64,000 bases of DNA from Pseudomonadota bacterium (GTDB lineage: Bacteria > Desulfobacterota > Desulfovibrionia > Desulfovibrionales > Desulfovibrionaceae). The position numbers and the translations under genes are program-made. The notes under the pieces are model-generated. The model was not told the origin of the DNA. It made no database searches and was given only the letters and a program-made list of their open reading frames with translations. Of this stretch, positions 37,233 to 46,795 are shown piece by piece; position 1 is the stretch's first letter; the number at the start of each line of letters is the position of its first letter. The DNA lies in contig JAEWCY010000001.1 in NCBI GenBank assembly GCA_023390395.1, positions 4,515-68,514 on the forward strand. The letters run 5' to 3'.

Positions 37233-37790
37233 ATGCAGGACGCACCCGCGAACGCGCCGGCGCAGGACGCCCGGGAAACGAAGCGGAAATGCCATTACTT
37301 CCGGTTCCACACGCCGCACAACCATTTGAGTTCCGTATTCGGCAACGACTGGTTCGCGCTCAAGGCCGAGGCCTTCGCCAGGTTCTTCGGCACGCCGGTG
37401 TTCCTCGTGACCCAGACGGTCATCGTCGGGGCCTGGATCTGCCTCAACGTCTTCGGCGCCTTCAAGTTCGACGAGTACCCGTTCATTCTCCTGAACCTGG
37501 CCTTCAGCCTCCAGGCGGCCTACGCCGCGCCGCTCATCCTGCTGGCCCAGACGAGGCAGGCGGACCGCGACAAGGCCCACGCCGACGCCGACGCCCAGCA
37601 CAGGGAAACCCTGGCCGCGGCCGCGGAGCAGCGGCAGACCCTCATGGGACAACAGGCCGAACAGATCATGGAGCTGCTGCGGCAAAACACGCAGCTGACC
37701 GAGATGGTCAGGGACTTAAGCCAGCGCATCGAGGAGCTGACCCTGGAAATGCACGACAAGGTCGTGGAGAAGGACCGGCCGCGTTCCTGA
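37233..37790 (+). CDS. DUF1003-family membrane protein
   Basis: ARFFGTP, FDEYPFILLNLAFSLQAAYAAPLILLAQTRQADRD, coiled-coil tail; GAGG RBS. Confidence 0.88.
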   Translation: MQDAPANAPAQDARETKRKCHYFRFHTPHNHLSSVFGNDWFALKAEAFARFFGTPVFLVTQTVIVGAWICLNVFGAFKFDEYPFILLNLAFSLQAAYAAPLILLAQTRQADRDKAHADADAQHRETLAAAAEQRQTLMGQQAEQIMELLRQNTQLTEMVRDLSQRIEELTLEMHDKVVEKDRPRS

Positions 37791-37879
37791 AAAGCCCCCG
37801 CTCCCCTCGCCGCCGGCCGGGCCGGGCGTTCGGGGCGCGCTCCGGCTTCCCCGGAGGGGAAGAGGGTCGGGGCGGCCGC

Positions 37880-38974
37880 CTACGGCCGGGCGCGCCGCTG
37901 GCTGCGGGGACGCCGGCCGGCCAAGGCGGGCTTGGCCGCCCGTTCGGGCGCGCCGGAACCATGGGGCGCGAGGCCCTTGCCGCCGATCTCCTTGTCCACG
38001 ATGAACAGCGGACGCTTTCGCGTCTGCTCCAGGTTGTTCCAGAGATAGCCGCCGAGGATGCCGAAGCCCAGAAACAGCAGGGCCACGATCACCAGTTCGA
38101 GCACGATCACCGACGGCCAGCCCGGGATGGTGATGCGCCCCAGGGCCGAGGCGACGAGCACGTAGGCGATGCCCAGGCCGCTTAAGACCGACATGGCCAG
38201 CCCCAAGAGCACGAACATCTTGAGGGGAAAGGAGGAGAACGCCACCACCGAATGGAAGGCGTAGGAGAGCTTTTTGCCGAACGTCCACATGGACCGGCCG
38301 TGGACCCGCTCGGCCCGGTCGTAGAAAAGCACCTCGCGGTCGAACCCGGCCCAGACGATCAGCCCGATGAGGCTCGTCTTTTTTTCCGAGGACTGGAGGA
38401 TCACCTTCGTCACGCAGCGGTCGATGAGGCAGAAGTCGAAGCCGCCGGGGGGCATCTCCGGCATGACCGCCTTGCGGTAGAGCCAGTGGAAGGCCTGGGC
38501 CAGGAACTTGGACAGCCCCGGGTCCTCGCGCCGCCGCCTGGCGCAAAGCACCACCTTCTTGCCGGCCCGCCAGCGCGCCACCATTTCCGGGATCATCTCC
38601 GGCGGGTCCTGCAGGTCGGCCGAAAGGATGACCGCCGCGTCGCAGTCGGCGGTGTGGGCCAGCCCGGCGGCGATGGCCGTGAACGAGCCGTGGTTGCGCG
38701 AGAGCAGCAGCACCCGCACCCGGGGGTCGGCCGCGGCCAGGCCCTCCAGCACCGGCTGGGAGCCGTCGGGCGAGCGGTCGTTGACGAACTGCAGCGTCAG
38801 GTCGACGCCAAGCCCGTCCACGGCGGCCACGATGCGCCGGTACAGCTCCGGCAGGCTGCCCTCGTTGCCGTAGACCGGCACCACCACGGCCAGGCGCGGC
38901 CGGCTCAGCCCAGGGCGGCGCTGCAGGCCATCCCGGCGTGGGGCGCGTCCCCGGTCCAGTCGCCTTGGGAGCAT
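37880..38974 (-). CDS. GT2 polyprenyl-phosphate glycosyltransferase (GtrB/ArnC-like)
   Basis: VVPVYGNE, VNDRSPD, SRNHG, SADLQDPPE, two C-terminal TM helices, RPLFIV; start uncertain (ATG 38974 after AAGGAAGG, or CTG 38908). Confidence 0.88.
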   Translation of the reverse strand: MLPRRLDRGRAPRRDGLQRRPGLSRPRLAVVVPVYGNEGSLPELYRRIVAAVDGLGVDLTLQFVNDRSPDGSQPVLEGLAAADPRVRVLLLSRNHGSFTAIAAGLAHTADCDAAVILSADLQDPPEMIPEMVARWRAGKKVVLCARRRREDPGLSKFLAQAFHWLYRKAVMPEMPPGGFDFCLIDRCVTKVILQSSEKKTSLIGLIVWAGFDREVLFYDRAERVHGRSMWTFGKKLSYAFHSVVAFSSFPLKMFVLLGLAMSVLSGLGIAYVLVASALGRITIPGWPSVIVLELVIVALLFLGFGILGGYLWNNLEQTRKRPLFIVDKEIGGKGLAPHGSGAPERAAKPALAGRRPRSQRRARP

Positions 38975-39486
38975 CGCAGTCCTTCCTTTGCGGGGAGAAG
39001 TTTGCCGCCGCAGCGGCACACGAGCCCGACGGGCCGGGCCGGATTGCCGACGACCAGGGCGAAGGGCGCGACGTCTTTCGTGACCACCGCCCCGGCCCCG
39101 ACCATGGCGTAGGCGCCGATGCGCACCCCGGGCGCGAGCACCGCCCCGGCCCCGATGGAGCAGCCGTCCTCCAGCACCGTGGAGACGGCCGGCACGTAGC
39201 GCTTGCTGCGCGGATAGCGGTCGTTGGCGAAGACCGCCGACGGGCCGATGAACACGTCGTTTCCGACGGTCACCCCCTCCCACAGGGCCACGTGGCACTT
39301 GACCGTGACCCGGTCGCCAAGCGTCACGCCGCCCTCGACGAAGACATGGTCGCAGATGTTGGCCTCGCGCCCGACCACCGCGCCGGGCAGCACGTGGGCG
39401 AAGGCCCACACGCGCGTGCCCGGGCCCACGGCCTCGGCTTCGCAGATGCCGGCGGGATGCACGAACACGTCCGTGGGCGCGCTCAC
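38905..39486 (-). CDS. Hexapeptide-repeat aminosugar N-acetyltransferase (WxcM/WbpD-like)
   Basis: GTRVWAFAHV, FIGPSAVFAND, IGAGAV, VVGNPAR, C-terminal CRCG. Confidence 0.88.
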   Translation of the reverse strand: MSAPTDVFVHPAGICEAEAVGPGTRVWAFAHVLPGAVVGREANICDHVFVEGGVTLGDRVTVKCHVALWEGVTVGNDVFIGPSAVFANDRYPRSKRYVPAVSTVLEDGCSIGAGAVLAPGVRIGAYAMVGAGAVVTKDVAPFALVVGNPARPVGLVCRCGGKLLPAKEGLRCSQGDWTGDAPHAGMACSAALG

Positions 39487-40487
39487 CAGTAATGCTCCTT
39501 GTGCTCCCGGTAGTAGGCGATGGTCGCGGCCACGCCCGCGGCCAGGGAGGTTTGCGGCCGCCAGCCCGTGACGCCGCTGATCTTGGCGATGTCGGTGTAG
39601 AAGTCCCCGGGCTCCTGGGCCTTGCGCTCCGGGGAGAAGGGCGTGAAAGCGATGCGACCCTGGCCGGCCGCCTCCACGATGGCCTCGGCCAGGGTCAGGA
39701 AATCCGACGGCCGGTCATGGCCGATATTGAACACCCCGCCCTCGGCCTCGGGCGTGACGGCTAAAAGCAGCAGGGCCTCCACGCAGTCGTCGATGTAGAG
39801 GAAGTCGCGCTTGATGCGGCCGTCGCCGAAGATGGGGATGGCCTCGCCGTCGATGGCCAGGCGCATGAACCAGTTGGCCACGCCGAAGCGGTTGTGGCGC
39901 ATCTGGGCCCGGGGGCCGTAGATGTTGGTCAGGCGCGAAAGCACGCAGCGGATGCCGTGGTTTCTGTGGTAGCTGGCCATGATGTGCTCGGCGGCGAGCA
40001 GGGAGATCTCGTAGATGCCCTTGGGCTCGGGGCGCGTCTCCTCGCCGGCCGGCAGCTTGACCACGGAGCCGTACTGGCCCCGCGAGCCGAGCTTGACCAC
40101 CTTGGCCTTGGGATTGAACCGGCGCAGGGCCTCCATGACCACGGCCGTGCCGGTGATGTTGATGTCGATGTCCGGAAAGGGGTCGGACAGGCTTTTCAAG
40201 TGACAGACCTGGGCCGCGCTGTGGAAGACGAAGTCCTGGTCGCGCACGAGCCAGTTCATGGCCGCGGCGTCGCGGATGTCGCAGAAGTTGACCGTGGCCG
40301 CGTCGCGCAGGGGGGCGATGTTGAAGAGGTTGCCGCCGTACTCCTCGATCATGGCGTCGGCGAGCGTGAGCGTCGCGCCGCAGGCGGCCAGGCGCAGGGC
40401 CAGGCTCGCGCCCAGAAAACCCAGCCCGCCGAGGATGAGCACCCGGCGGCCGGCGAAGGCGTCGTGAAACAGGGCGTCGTTCGTCAT
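39483..40487 (-). CDS. NAD-dependent epimerase/dehydratase with non-canonical YxxxL motif
   Basis: GGLGFLG, SRGQYG, YEISL, RLTNIYGPR, RDFLYIDD. Confidence 0.88.
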   Translation of the reverse strand: MTNDALFHDAFAGRRVLILGGLGFLGASLALRLAACGATLTLADAMIEEYGGNLFNIAPLRDAATVNFCDIRDAAAMNWLVRDQDFVFHSAAQVCHLKSLSDPFPDIDINITGTAVVMEALRRFNPKAKVVKLGSRGQYGSVVKLPAGEETRPEPKGIYEISLLAAEHIMASYHRNHGIRCVLSRLTNIYGPRAQMRHNRFGVANWFMRLAIDGEAIPIFGDGRIKRDFLYIDDCVEALLLLAVTPEAEGGVFNIGHDRPSDFLTLAEAIVEAAGQGRIAFTPFSPERKAQEPGDFYTDIAKISGVTGWRPQTSLAAGVAATIAYYREHKEHYW

Positions 40488-41050
40488 GGGACCTCGAAGA
40501 ACACGGTCTCGCCCCTGTGCCAGAGCTGGGTGCCCCGGCCCGTGAGCGTCAGGCGCAGGGTAACGGGGAACTCCTCGGCCGACCAGCCGTTTTCCACGCA
40601 GGACAGGCGCAGGGCGTACTGCGCGCCCACCGGGCTCCAGCCGTCGGCCCGGGAGGCAAGGGAAAAGAGCTTGCGCGCGAAGGGCCCCACCGGCTCCTCC
40701 ACGGTCACGCTCGCGCCGGCTTCACCGAAGCGCGGATAAAAGACCACGCGGTCGGCCTCCTTGCGCAGCGTCACCACGACCGTGGCCGGCGCGCCGTCCG
40801 GGCCGACGGCGAACATCTCCCAGCCCGGGACGTCGGCCGGCAGGTCGGCCACGCCCGGGGCGGACACGGTCTGCTCCATGTTGGAGCAGGCCAGGAGCCG
40901 CTCGCGCCGCACCGGCGGGTCGATTTCCGGCAGCAGCGCCATGCGCGACGCCTCGTGGGCGAAATGGCCCGACCCCAGGGCGAAGGCGGCGAAGAAGACC
41001 GCGGCCAGGGCCCAGGGCGACAGGCGGGCCAGCCCCTCGCGCCGGGTCAC
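40484..41050 (-). CDS. Hypothetical membrane-anchored protein
   Basis: N-terminal TM (WALAAVFFAAFALG) followed by beta-rich domain; GTGA and ATGA overlaps. Confidence 0.6.
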   Translation of the reverse strand: MTRREGLARLSPWALAAVFFAAFALGSGHFAHEASRMALLPEIDPPVRRERLLACSNMEQTVSAPGVADLPADVPGWEMFAVGPDGAPATVVVTLRKEADRVVFYPRFGEAGASVTVEEPVGPFARKLFSLASRADGWSPVGAQYALRLSCVENGWSAEEFPVTLRLTLTGRGTQLWHRGETVFFEVP

Positions 41051-42558
41051 GGCCGGGCCCCCGGCCAGGGGGCGAAGCCGAAGGCGGCGTCGTTGCGGTA
41101 GAGCGTGCCTTCCGGGGTCTCGGCCACAGGCGTCAGCGGCGTGCGCCCGGCGGCCTGGGCGTGCTCCTTGGGCCCGAGCAGGGCGAAGCCGGGCGCAAGC
41201 GGCGCGTCCAGCCCCTGCGGGCCGTAGATCTCGACGCCGTAGGCCGGCGGCGCGGCCAGGTAGGGCACGGCCATGTTGCGCAGGGGCACGGCCAGGGTGC
41301 GCAGCCAGGGCGAAGCCGCGCCGAGGCTCAGGGACAGGGCCGGGTCCATGGCCGCGGCCTGGGCGGCGAGGCGGTCGCGATACGCGGCCACGCCGTCGTA
41401 GGCCGGGCGGATGTACAGGGAGAACTCGGCCACGGTGGCCGGGAAAAGGGCCAGGCCGCCGGCCAGGACCGGGGCCAGCGCCAGGGATCGGGACCGTCCG
41501 GGCAGCCCGGCCGCGGCGTAGGCCAGGGACAACGCGCCGTGGGCGGCCAGAAGGCGCGTCAAATGGCGGCCCGAGCCGTTGTAGATGGCCACGTACAGGC
41601 AGAAGGGAGCCAGGAAGTTGCAGGCGTGCAGGGCCAGGCCCTTGAGCCAAGCCTGGCGGCCGCCGGCCGGCGCGGCCAGGGCCAGGGCCACGGCCGAGGC
41701 CATGAGCAGAAGGACCAGCGTGTGGTGGCGGTTGGCGGAAAAATCGAACAGCGTCCGCAGGTTGGCGGCCAAAAGCGGCAGGGCCGCCGCCGGCCCGCCG
41801 GAAACGAGGCTGGACACGGGGTTGGTGCCGGCCACGGCCACCCAGGGCGAAGCGGTCAGCGAAAACGCCGCGTAGGCCGCCGCCAGACAGACCCCGCCGA
41901 GGACGGCGGCCCGGACCGCCTGCTTGATCCCGGCCGGGCCGGCCAGGAACAGGGCCGCCGGAAAGAGCACGGCCCAGGTCGGCCGCGTCAGGCTGGCCAG
42001 GAACACGCCGGCCAGGACGCCCCAGAGCCTTCGCCGCGAAGGCGCGGCGGCGAGCCCGGCCAGGGCCAGGCCGAGGACCAGCCCCAGGGCCATCTGCGGC
42101 GCGTCCTGGTAGGCCGTGGGCAGGTAGAAGACCATGGGCGGGAAAAAGGTCAGGCAGGCGGCCAGGGCGGCGAAGACCGGCAGGGGAAGCCGCCGGGCGC
42201 AGACCATGAGGGCCAGGGCCACCAGGACCATGTTGCAGGCCGGGGCGAGCCAGTCCTCCCAGCCGCCGAACGCCTTGGCCGCCAGGCCGTAGACCACGGG
42301 ATAGGCCGCGCCGTGGGCTCCGAAACGCCCGAGAACCGCCTTGCGCCCGTCGCCGCCGTAATAGCCGCCGTCGAAGCCGGCGGCGGCGAAGGTGGCGGCC
42401 TCGCGCGTATAGAAGAACTGGTCCGGATCGTAGGCGGGGCAAAAGGCGACAAGGTCCACGCCGAAGCAGCGGCCGACGAGGAAAAGGGCGAGCAGGGCGG
42501 GGGCCGAGGCCAGGGCCGCCGCCGCGAGCAGGCGGCCGATGCGCGCGAGGATGTTCAT
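41047..42558 (-). CDS. Polytopic membrane protein, possible GT-C glycosyltransferase
   Basis: Roughly ten hydrophobic segments; acidic YDPDQFFY loop after the first TM; soluble C-terminal tail. Confidence 0.6.
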   Translation of the reverse strand: MNILARIGRLLAAAALASAPALLALFLVGRCFGVDLVAFCPAYDPDQFFYTREAATFAAAGFDGGYYGGDGRKAVLGRFGAHGAAYPVVYGLAAKAFGGWEDWLAPACNMVLVALALMVCARRLPLPVFAALAACLTFFPPMVFYLPTAYQDAPQMALGLVLGLALAGLAAAPSRRRLWGVLAGVFLASLTRPTWAVLFPAALFLAGPAGIKQAVRAAVLGGVCLAAAYAAFSLTASPWVAVAGTNPVSSLVSGGPAAALPLLAANLRTLFDFSANRHHTLVLLLMASAVALALAAPAGGRQAWLKGLALHACNFLAPFCLYVAIYNGSGRHLTRLLAAHGALSLAYAAAGLPGRSRSLALAPVLAGGLALFPATVAEFSLYIRPAYDGVAAYRDRLAAQAAAMDPALSLSLGAASPWLRTLAVPLRNMAVPYLAAPPAYGVEIYGPQGLDAPLAPGFALLGPKEHAQAAGRTPLTPVAETPEGTLYRNDAAFGFAPWPGARP

Positions 42559-42725
42559 GGGCGTGGCCGGTGATAGCACCCGGGCAGGCGGCGCGCAACA
42601 CGGCCGGGGCGCATCCCGGGCAACGGCGGCCCCTTGCGCCCCGCCGGCCGGTTGTCTTCACGACTGGCCGGTGCTATGCGGTTTTCCCGCACCGCAATCG
42701 GAAAACCGCCCGGGGCGGAGCCTTC

Positions 42726-44474
42726 ATGAAGAAACTCCTTTTCGCCGTCGTCTTGTGCCTGCTCGTCCTGGCCGCCTGCGAGGGCCTGGCCAGGCTCGGC
42801 TTCCGGCTGGCCATGGGCCGGCCCTACGACGCCGGGGAGCTGCGCCAGCGCCTGGCCGCGCTCACGGACCGCCAGTCCGCGGCCAAGGCCACCGAGCGCG
42901 GCGCGTCGGGCCGGGTCCATCCCTATTTCGGCTTCATCACGGCCAACGACGCCCCCCTGCCCGCCCGACGCGACTTCGCCGACGCCACCTCCGGCCAGTT
43001 CGGCTTCGACGGCGACGTCCCCCTGTTCGACCCCTCGGGCGCGACCTTCCTCGTGATGGTCACGGGCGGTTCCGTGGCCCACCACTTCGCCGTGGACAGG
43101 GGGCGGGAACTGCTCGCCTTCCTGGAGAAGCGCCCCGAATTCGCCGGACGGACGGGCCGGCTCCTCAACACCGCCCTGCCCGGGTACAAGCAGCCCCAGC
43201 AGTTGCTCATCCTGTCCTATCTGCTGGGCCTCGGCCTGCGGCCCGACGTGGTGCTCAACCTCGACGGCTTCAACGAAGCCTGCATCGCGGTCAAAAACCT
43301 GGAATCGGGCATCGACCCCTTCATGCCCTGGTTCTGGATCGGCAACGACACGCCGTCCCGGGCGCGGCTGCGCCTGCTCGGCCGGCTGGAGTTCGTGGAG
43401 GGCCTGCGCGACCGGGTCGCCGCCTTCCTCTCCCGGCTGCCGGCCCTGCCGGCCCTGGTCGGCTTTCCGGCCGCCGCCCTGGACCGGCTGGCCGACGGGC
43501 GGGTCAAGGCCCTCGAGGGCGAGCTGGTGCGCGACGCCCTGGCCGGGGCTGGTCCCCTGGCCAGCCAGAGGACCAGCCCCGGCGGCGGCTTTTCGCTGGG
43601 GCCCAACCTCGTCCTCACCAAGGACCGTTTCTACGAACTGGCCGCCGCCTCCTGGGCCAGGGCGTCCATCCTCATGCACGACATGATCCGCGACGCCGGC
43701 GGCCGCTACTTCCACGCCCTCCAGCCGGCCGAGCCCCTGTGGGCCGCCGCCCGGGGCCAGGCGGCCGGGCCGCTTTGCACCGAGGACTGCGTGGAGGCCG
43801 GCTATCCGTCGCTCATCCGCTACGGCCAGGCCCTCTCCGCGGCCGGGCTGCGCTACGGCGACCTCGTGCCGGCCCTCGACGGCGCAAGCGACGTCTTCAC
43901 GGACTGCTGCCACATGACCCCGGCCGGCCAGGACGCGCTGCTGGCCGCCCTGACCCGCCTGATCGACAAGACCTGGAACGCCCCGGCCCCGGCCGTCGAT
44001 CCCACGACGGCCCTGGCGGCGCTTGCCGACGCGCCGGCTCCGCCCTTCGCCGGCGCGGACCTCCTGGCCGCGGCGGAGCCCACGTCCGTGGCCGTGGAGC
44101 ACCTGCGCGGCGTCGAGCGCTCCTCCGAAGGCCCCTACCGCACGGTCCTCGGCCGCGAGGCCGTCGTCTGCCTGCCCCTTGGCGCGCCCCGGAAGCTGCG
44201 CCTGGCCTTCGGGCTTAAAAATCCCCTGCCCGGCCAGGCCCTGACCGTGTCCCTCAACGGCCGCGAGCTCGGCCGCTACGCCCTGGAAAAGCCCGACGGC
44301 CGCCTGGACCAGGCCCTCGAGGCGGACTTCGTCCCGGGGCTCAACACCCTTTCCTTCGCCTTCGCCCGGGCCAACGAAGGCCCGGACCGCAACAAGGACA
44401 TGCCCGAGGGCTACGCCGCCCAATTCACGGCCCTGTCCCTGTCCCCTGCGCCCGACGGAGAAAAACGCCCGTGA
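42726..44474 (+). CDS. Membrane-anchored SGNH/GDSL hydrolase-like protein
   Basis: N-terminal TM/signal; [24 protein letters not shown] (SGNH blocks I, II, III, V). Confidence 0.72.
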   Translation: MKKLLFAVVLCLLVLAACEGLARLGFRLAMGRPYDAGELRQRLAALTDRQSAAKATERGASGRVHPYFGFITANDAPLPARRDFADATSGQFGFDGDVPLFDPSGATFLVMVTGGSVAHHFAVDRGRELLAFLEKRPEFAGRTGRLLNTALPGYKQPQQLLILSYLLGLGLRPDVVLNLDGFNEACIAVKNLESGIDPFMPWFWIGNDTPSRARLRLLGRLEFVEGLRDRVAAFLSRLPALPALVGFPAAALDRLADGRVKALEGELVRDALAGAGPLASQRTSPGGGFSLGPNLVLTKDRFYELAAASWARASILMHDMIRDAGGRYFHALQPAEPLWAAARGQAAGPLCTEDCVEAGYPSLIRYGQALSAAGLRYGDLVPALDGASDVFTDCCHMTPAGQDALLAALTRLIDKTWNAPAPAVDPTTALAALADAPAPPFAGADLLAAAEPTSVAVEHLRGVERSSEGPYRTVLGREAVVCLPLGAPRKLRLAFGLKNPLPGQALTVSLNGRELGRYALEKPDGRLDQALEADFVPGLNTLSFAFARANEGPDRNKDMPEGYAAQFTALSLSPAPDGEKRP

Positions 44475-45265
44475 GCGAACGCCTGCGCGACTACATGGCC
44501 GAGACCGGGGCCGGGGGGCTGGCCGCCTACCTGCGCTCGCGCGCGGCCGGCCCCGGCCGCTACGTCTTCGAACAGCTGCCCCAGTGGCTTCTGGGCTGGA
44601 TTCCCGGACTTCCCGGCATCGCCGCGCGCCACCTGTGCTACTGGCCGATCTTCGCCAAGGGCTCGGGCGCGCCCGTGGTCGAGGCCGGAGCGGAATTCTT
44701 CCACGCCGCCTCGATCCGCCTGGGCTCCTCGGTCTACGTGGACAAGGGGGCCCGGCTGCACGCCTCGGCCGCGGCCATCGAGGTCGGCCCCTGCTGCCGG
44801 ATCATGCGCGGGGCCTACGTGTGCTCCTACGTCTCCAACGCCGTGCCGGGCGAAGGCATCGCCCTCGGCCCGGGCTGCTGGGTGGGGGTGGGCGCGGTGC
44901 TGGCCTCGGGGCGCGGCGGCCTGACGCTTGGGCGCAACGTGCTCATCGGCCCAAGGGCCGTCCTCGTCACCGGGGACCACGATTTCCGCCGCACGGACCT
45001 GGCCGCCCTGGACCAGGAATACCTGGGCCGGCCCATCGCCGTCGGCGACGACGTCTGGATCGGCGCGGGCGCGACGGTGCTCGGCGGCGTGCGCGTCGGG
45101 GACCGGGCCGTGGTCGCGGCCGGGGCCGTGGTCACGCGCGACGTCGCCCCGGGAGCGGTGGTCGGCGGCGTGCCGGCCCGGCCCCTGGAATCCGCCGAAA
45201 AAGCCGCCGGCCTTGCCAGCCGGCCCGATCGCGGCCACACTGCCGGACAACGGAACCCATCATGA
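44471..45265 (+). CDS. Hexapeptide-repeat O-acetyltransferase
   Basis: [43 protein letters not shown] overlap. Confidence 0.88.
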   Translation: MSERLRDYMAETGAGGLAAYLRSRAAGPGRYVFEQLPQWLLGWIPGLPGIAARHLCYWPIFAKGSGAPVVEAGAEFFHAASIRLGSSVYVDKGARLHASAAAIEVGPCCRIMRGAYVCSYVSNAVPGEGIALGPGCWVGVGAVLASGRGGLTLGRNVLIGPRAVLVTGDHDFRRTDLAALDQEYLGRPIAVGDDVWIGAGATVLGGVRVGDRAVVAAGAVVTRDVAPGAVVGGVPARPLESAEKAAGLASRPDRGHTAGQRNPS

Positions 45266-46746
45266 AAATATTGCTCCTTAACGTCCCGGACGCCCACGTG
45301 GGCAAGACCACCGACGACTGGGACCTCGAAGCCACGGACATCGGCGTCTTCCCGCCCATGGGCATCCTGTATCTGGCCGGCGTGCTGCGCTCCGGCGGCC
45401 GCCACGAGGTCGCCCTGGTGGACTGCATCCTCGACCGGCTGGGGCCGGAGGAAGCCGCGGCCCGGGCCGCCGCCTTCGCCCCGGACGTGGTGGGCCTGAC
45501 CGTCTACACCCCGACGCTCTACGACGCCCTGGTGCTCACCCGGCGCATCCGCGAGCTGTTGCCCAAGGCGGCCATCGTCTGGGGCGGGCCGCACACGTCG
45601 CTCTATCCCGAGGCCTCCATGGCCCAGCCCGAGGTGGACTACCTGATCCTCGGCGAGGCCGAGGAGACGCTGCCGGCCTTTCTCGACGCCCTGGAGGCGG
45701 GCCGCCCCTTCGACGCCATCCCGGGCGTCGTCTGGCGGCAGGACGGCCAAACGCGCCGCTCGGGCGACCCCGGCTACGTCAAGGACATCGACGCGATCCC
45801 CTTCCCGGCCTTCGACCTGCTGCCGTTCAGGCGCTATTTCAGCGCCATCGGCACGGGCCTGCCCGTGGGCACCATCTGCTCGTCCCGGGGGTGCCCCTTC
45901 CACTGCACCTTCTGCTGCAAGCCCTACTCCACCTACCGCTCCCGGACCGTGGAGAACATCCTCGACGAGATGGCCGCCTACTACGCCCAGGGCATCCGGG
46001 AGTTCTTCTTTTTCGACGACCTGTTCAACGCCTCGGCCAAGCGTGTGACGGCCATCGCCCAGGGCATCCTGGACCGGGGCTTCGACGTGGTCTGGTCCTT
46101 CCGGGGCCGGGTGGACGCCGTGACCGAGGACATGCTGCGCCTGGCCAAAAAATCCGGCTGCCGACAGGCCCTTTTCGGCGTGGAGGACGCCACGGACGAG
46201 GGGCTCAGGCTCATCAACAAGAAGATCACCGTGGAGCAGGTGCGCCGGGCGGTCAGGCTCTGCCGCAAGCTCGGCATCCTCACCAGCACCAACTGGATCA
46301 TCGGCTTCCCCCACCACAAGACCCGGGAAGACGTCCTGCGCCTTATCGACACGGCCGTGTCCATCGACTCGGACTTCGCCCAGTTCAACATCATGATCGC
46401 CTACGACGGCACGGCCATCTTCAAGCAGGGCGTGGAGAAAGAGCTTTTCCCGGCCGACATCTGGAGCCGGCACGCCTTCGAGCCGGTGCCCAACTTCGTG
46501 GAGCCCATCTGGGAGGAGCACCTGTCCCGGGCCGAGCTGTCGCAGCTGCTCAAGCTCTGCTACCGGCGCTTCTACTTCCGCCCCCTGCCCATCCTGCGCA
46601 AGTTCCTGCGGGTGCGCCGCTTCGGCGAACTGGCCCTTTTCGCCAAGGGGGCGCTGACGCTGCTCGGCATCAAGGGCTACCACCGCAAGCGCCACAAGGA
46701 GGGGGAGAGCCGCTTCACCGCGCCGTCGCGACCGGAGGCCGGATGA
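45262..46746 (+). CDS. B12-binding radical SAM protein
   Basis: [46 protein letters not shown] overlap. Confidence 0.92.
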   Translation: MKILLLNVPDAHVGKTTDDWDLEATDIGVFPPMGILYLAGVLRSGGRHEVALVDCILDRLGPEEAAARAAAFAPDVVGLTVYTPTLYDALVLTRRIRELLPKAAIVWGGPHTSLYPEASMAQPEVDYLILGEAEETLPAFLDALEAGRPFDAIPGVVWRQDGQTRRSGDPGYVKDIDAIPFPAFDLLPFRRYFSAIGTGLPVGTICSSRGCPFHCTFCCKPYSTYRSRTVENILDEMAAYYAQGIREFFFFDDLFNASAKRVTAIAQGILDRGFDVVWSFRGRVDAVTEDMLRLAKKSGCRQALFGVEDATDEGLRLINKKITVEQVRRAVRLCRKLGILTSTNWIIGFPHHKTREDVLRLIDTAVSIDSDFAQFNIMIAYDGTAIFKQGVEKELFPADIWSRHAFEPVPNFVEPIWEEHLSRAELSQLLKLCYRRFYFRPLPILRKFLRVRRFGELALFAKGALTLLGIKGYHRKRHKEGESRFTAPSRPEAG

Positions 46747-46795
46747 GCCGGGCCGTCTCGCCGGCGACGACATCCCCTTTCCCGGGAGGGCGGCA

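Noticed and set aside
42652..42680. Promoter for the plus-strand arm (TGGCCGGTGCTATGC fits GG-N10-GC; TTGTCT-N17-TATGCG fits sigma-70)
   Set aside because: Two weak, mutually overlapping interpretations; cannot be assigned from sequence alone
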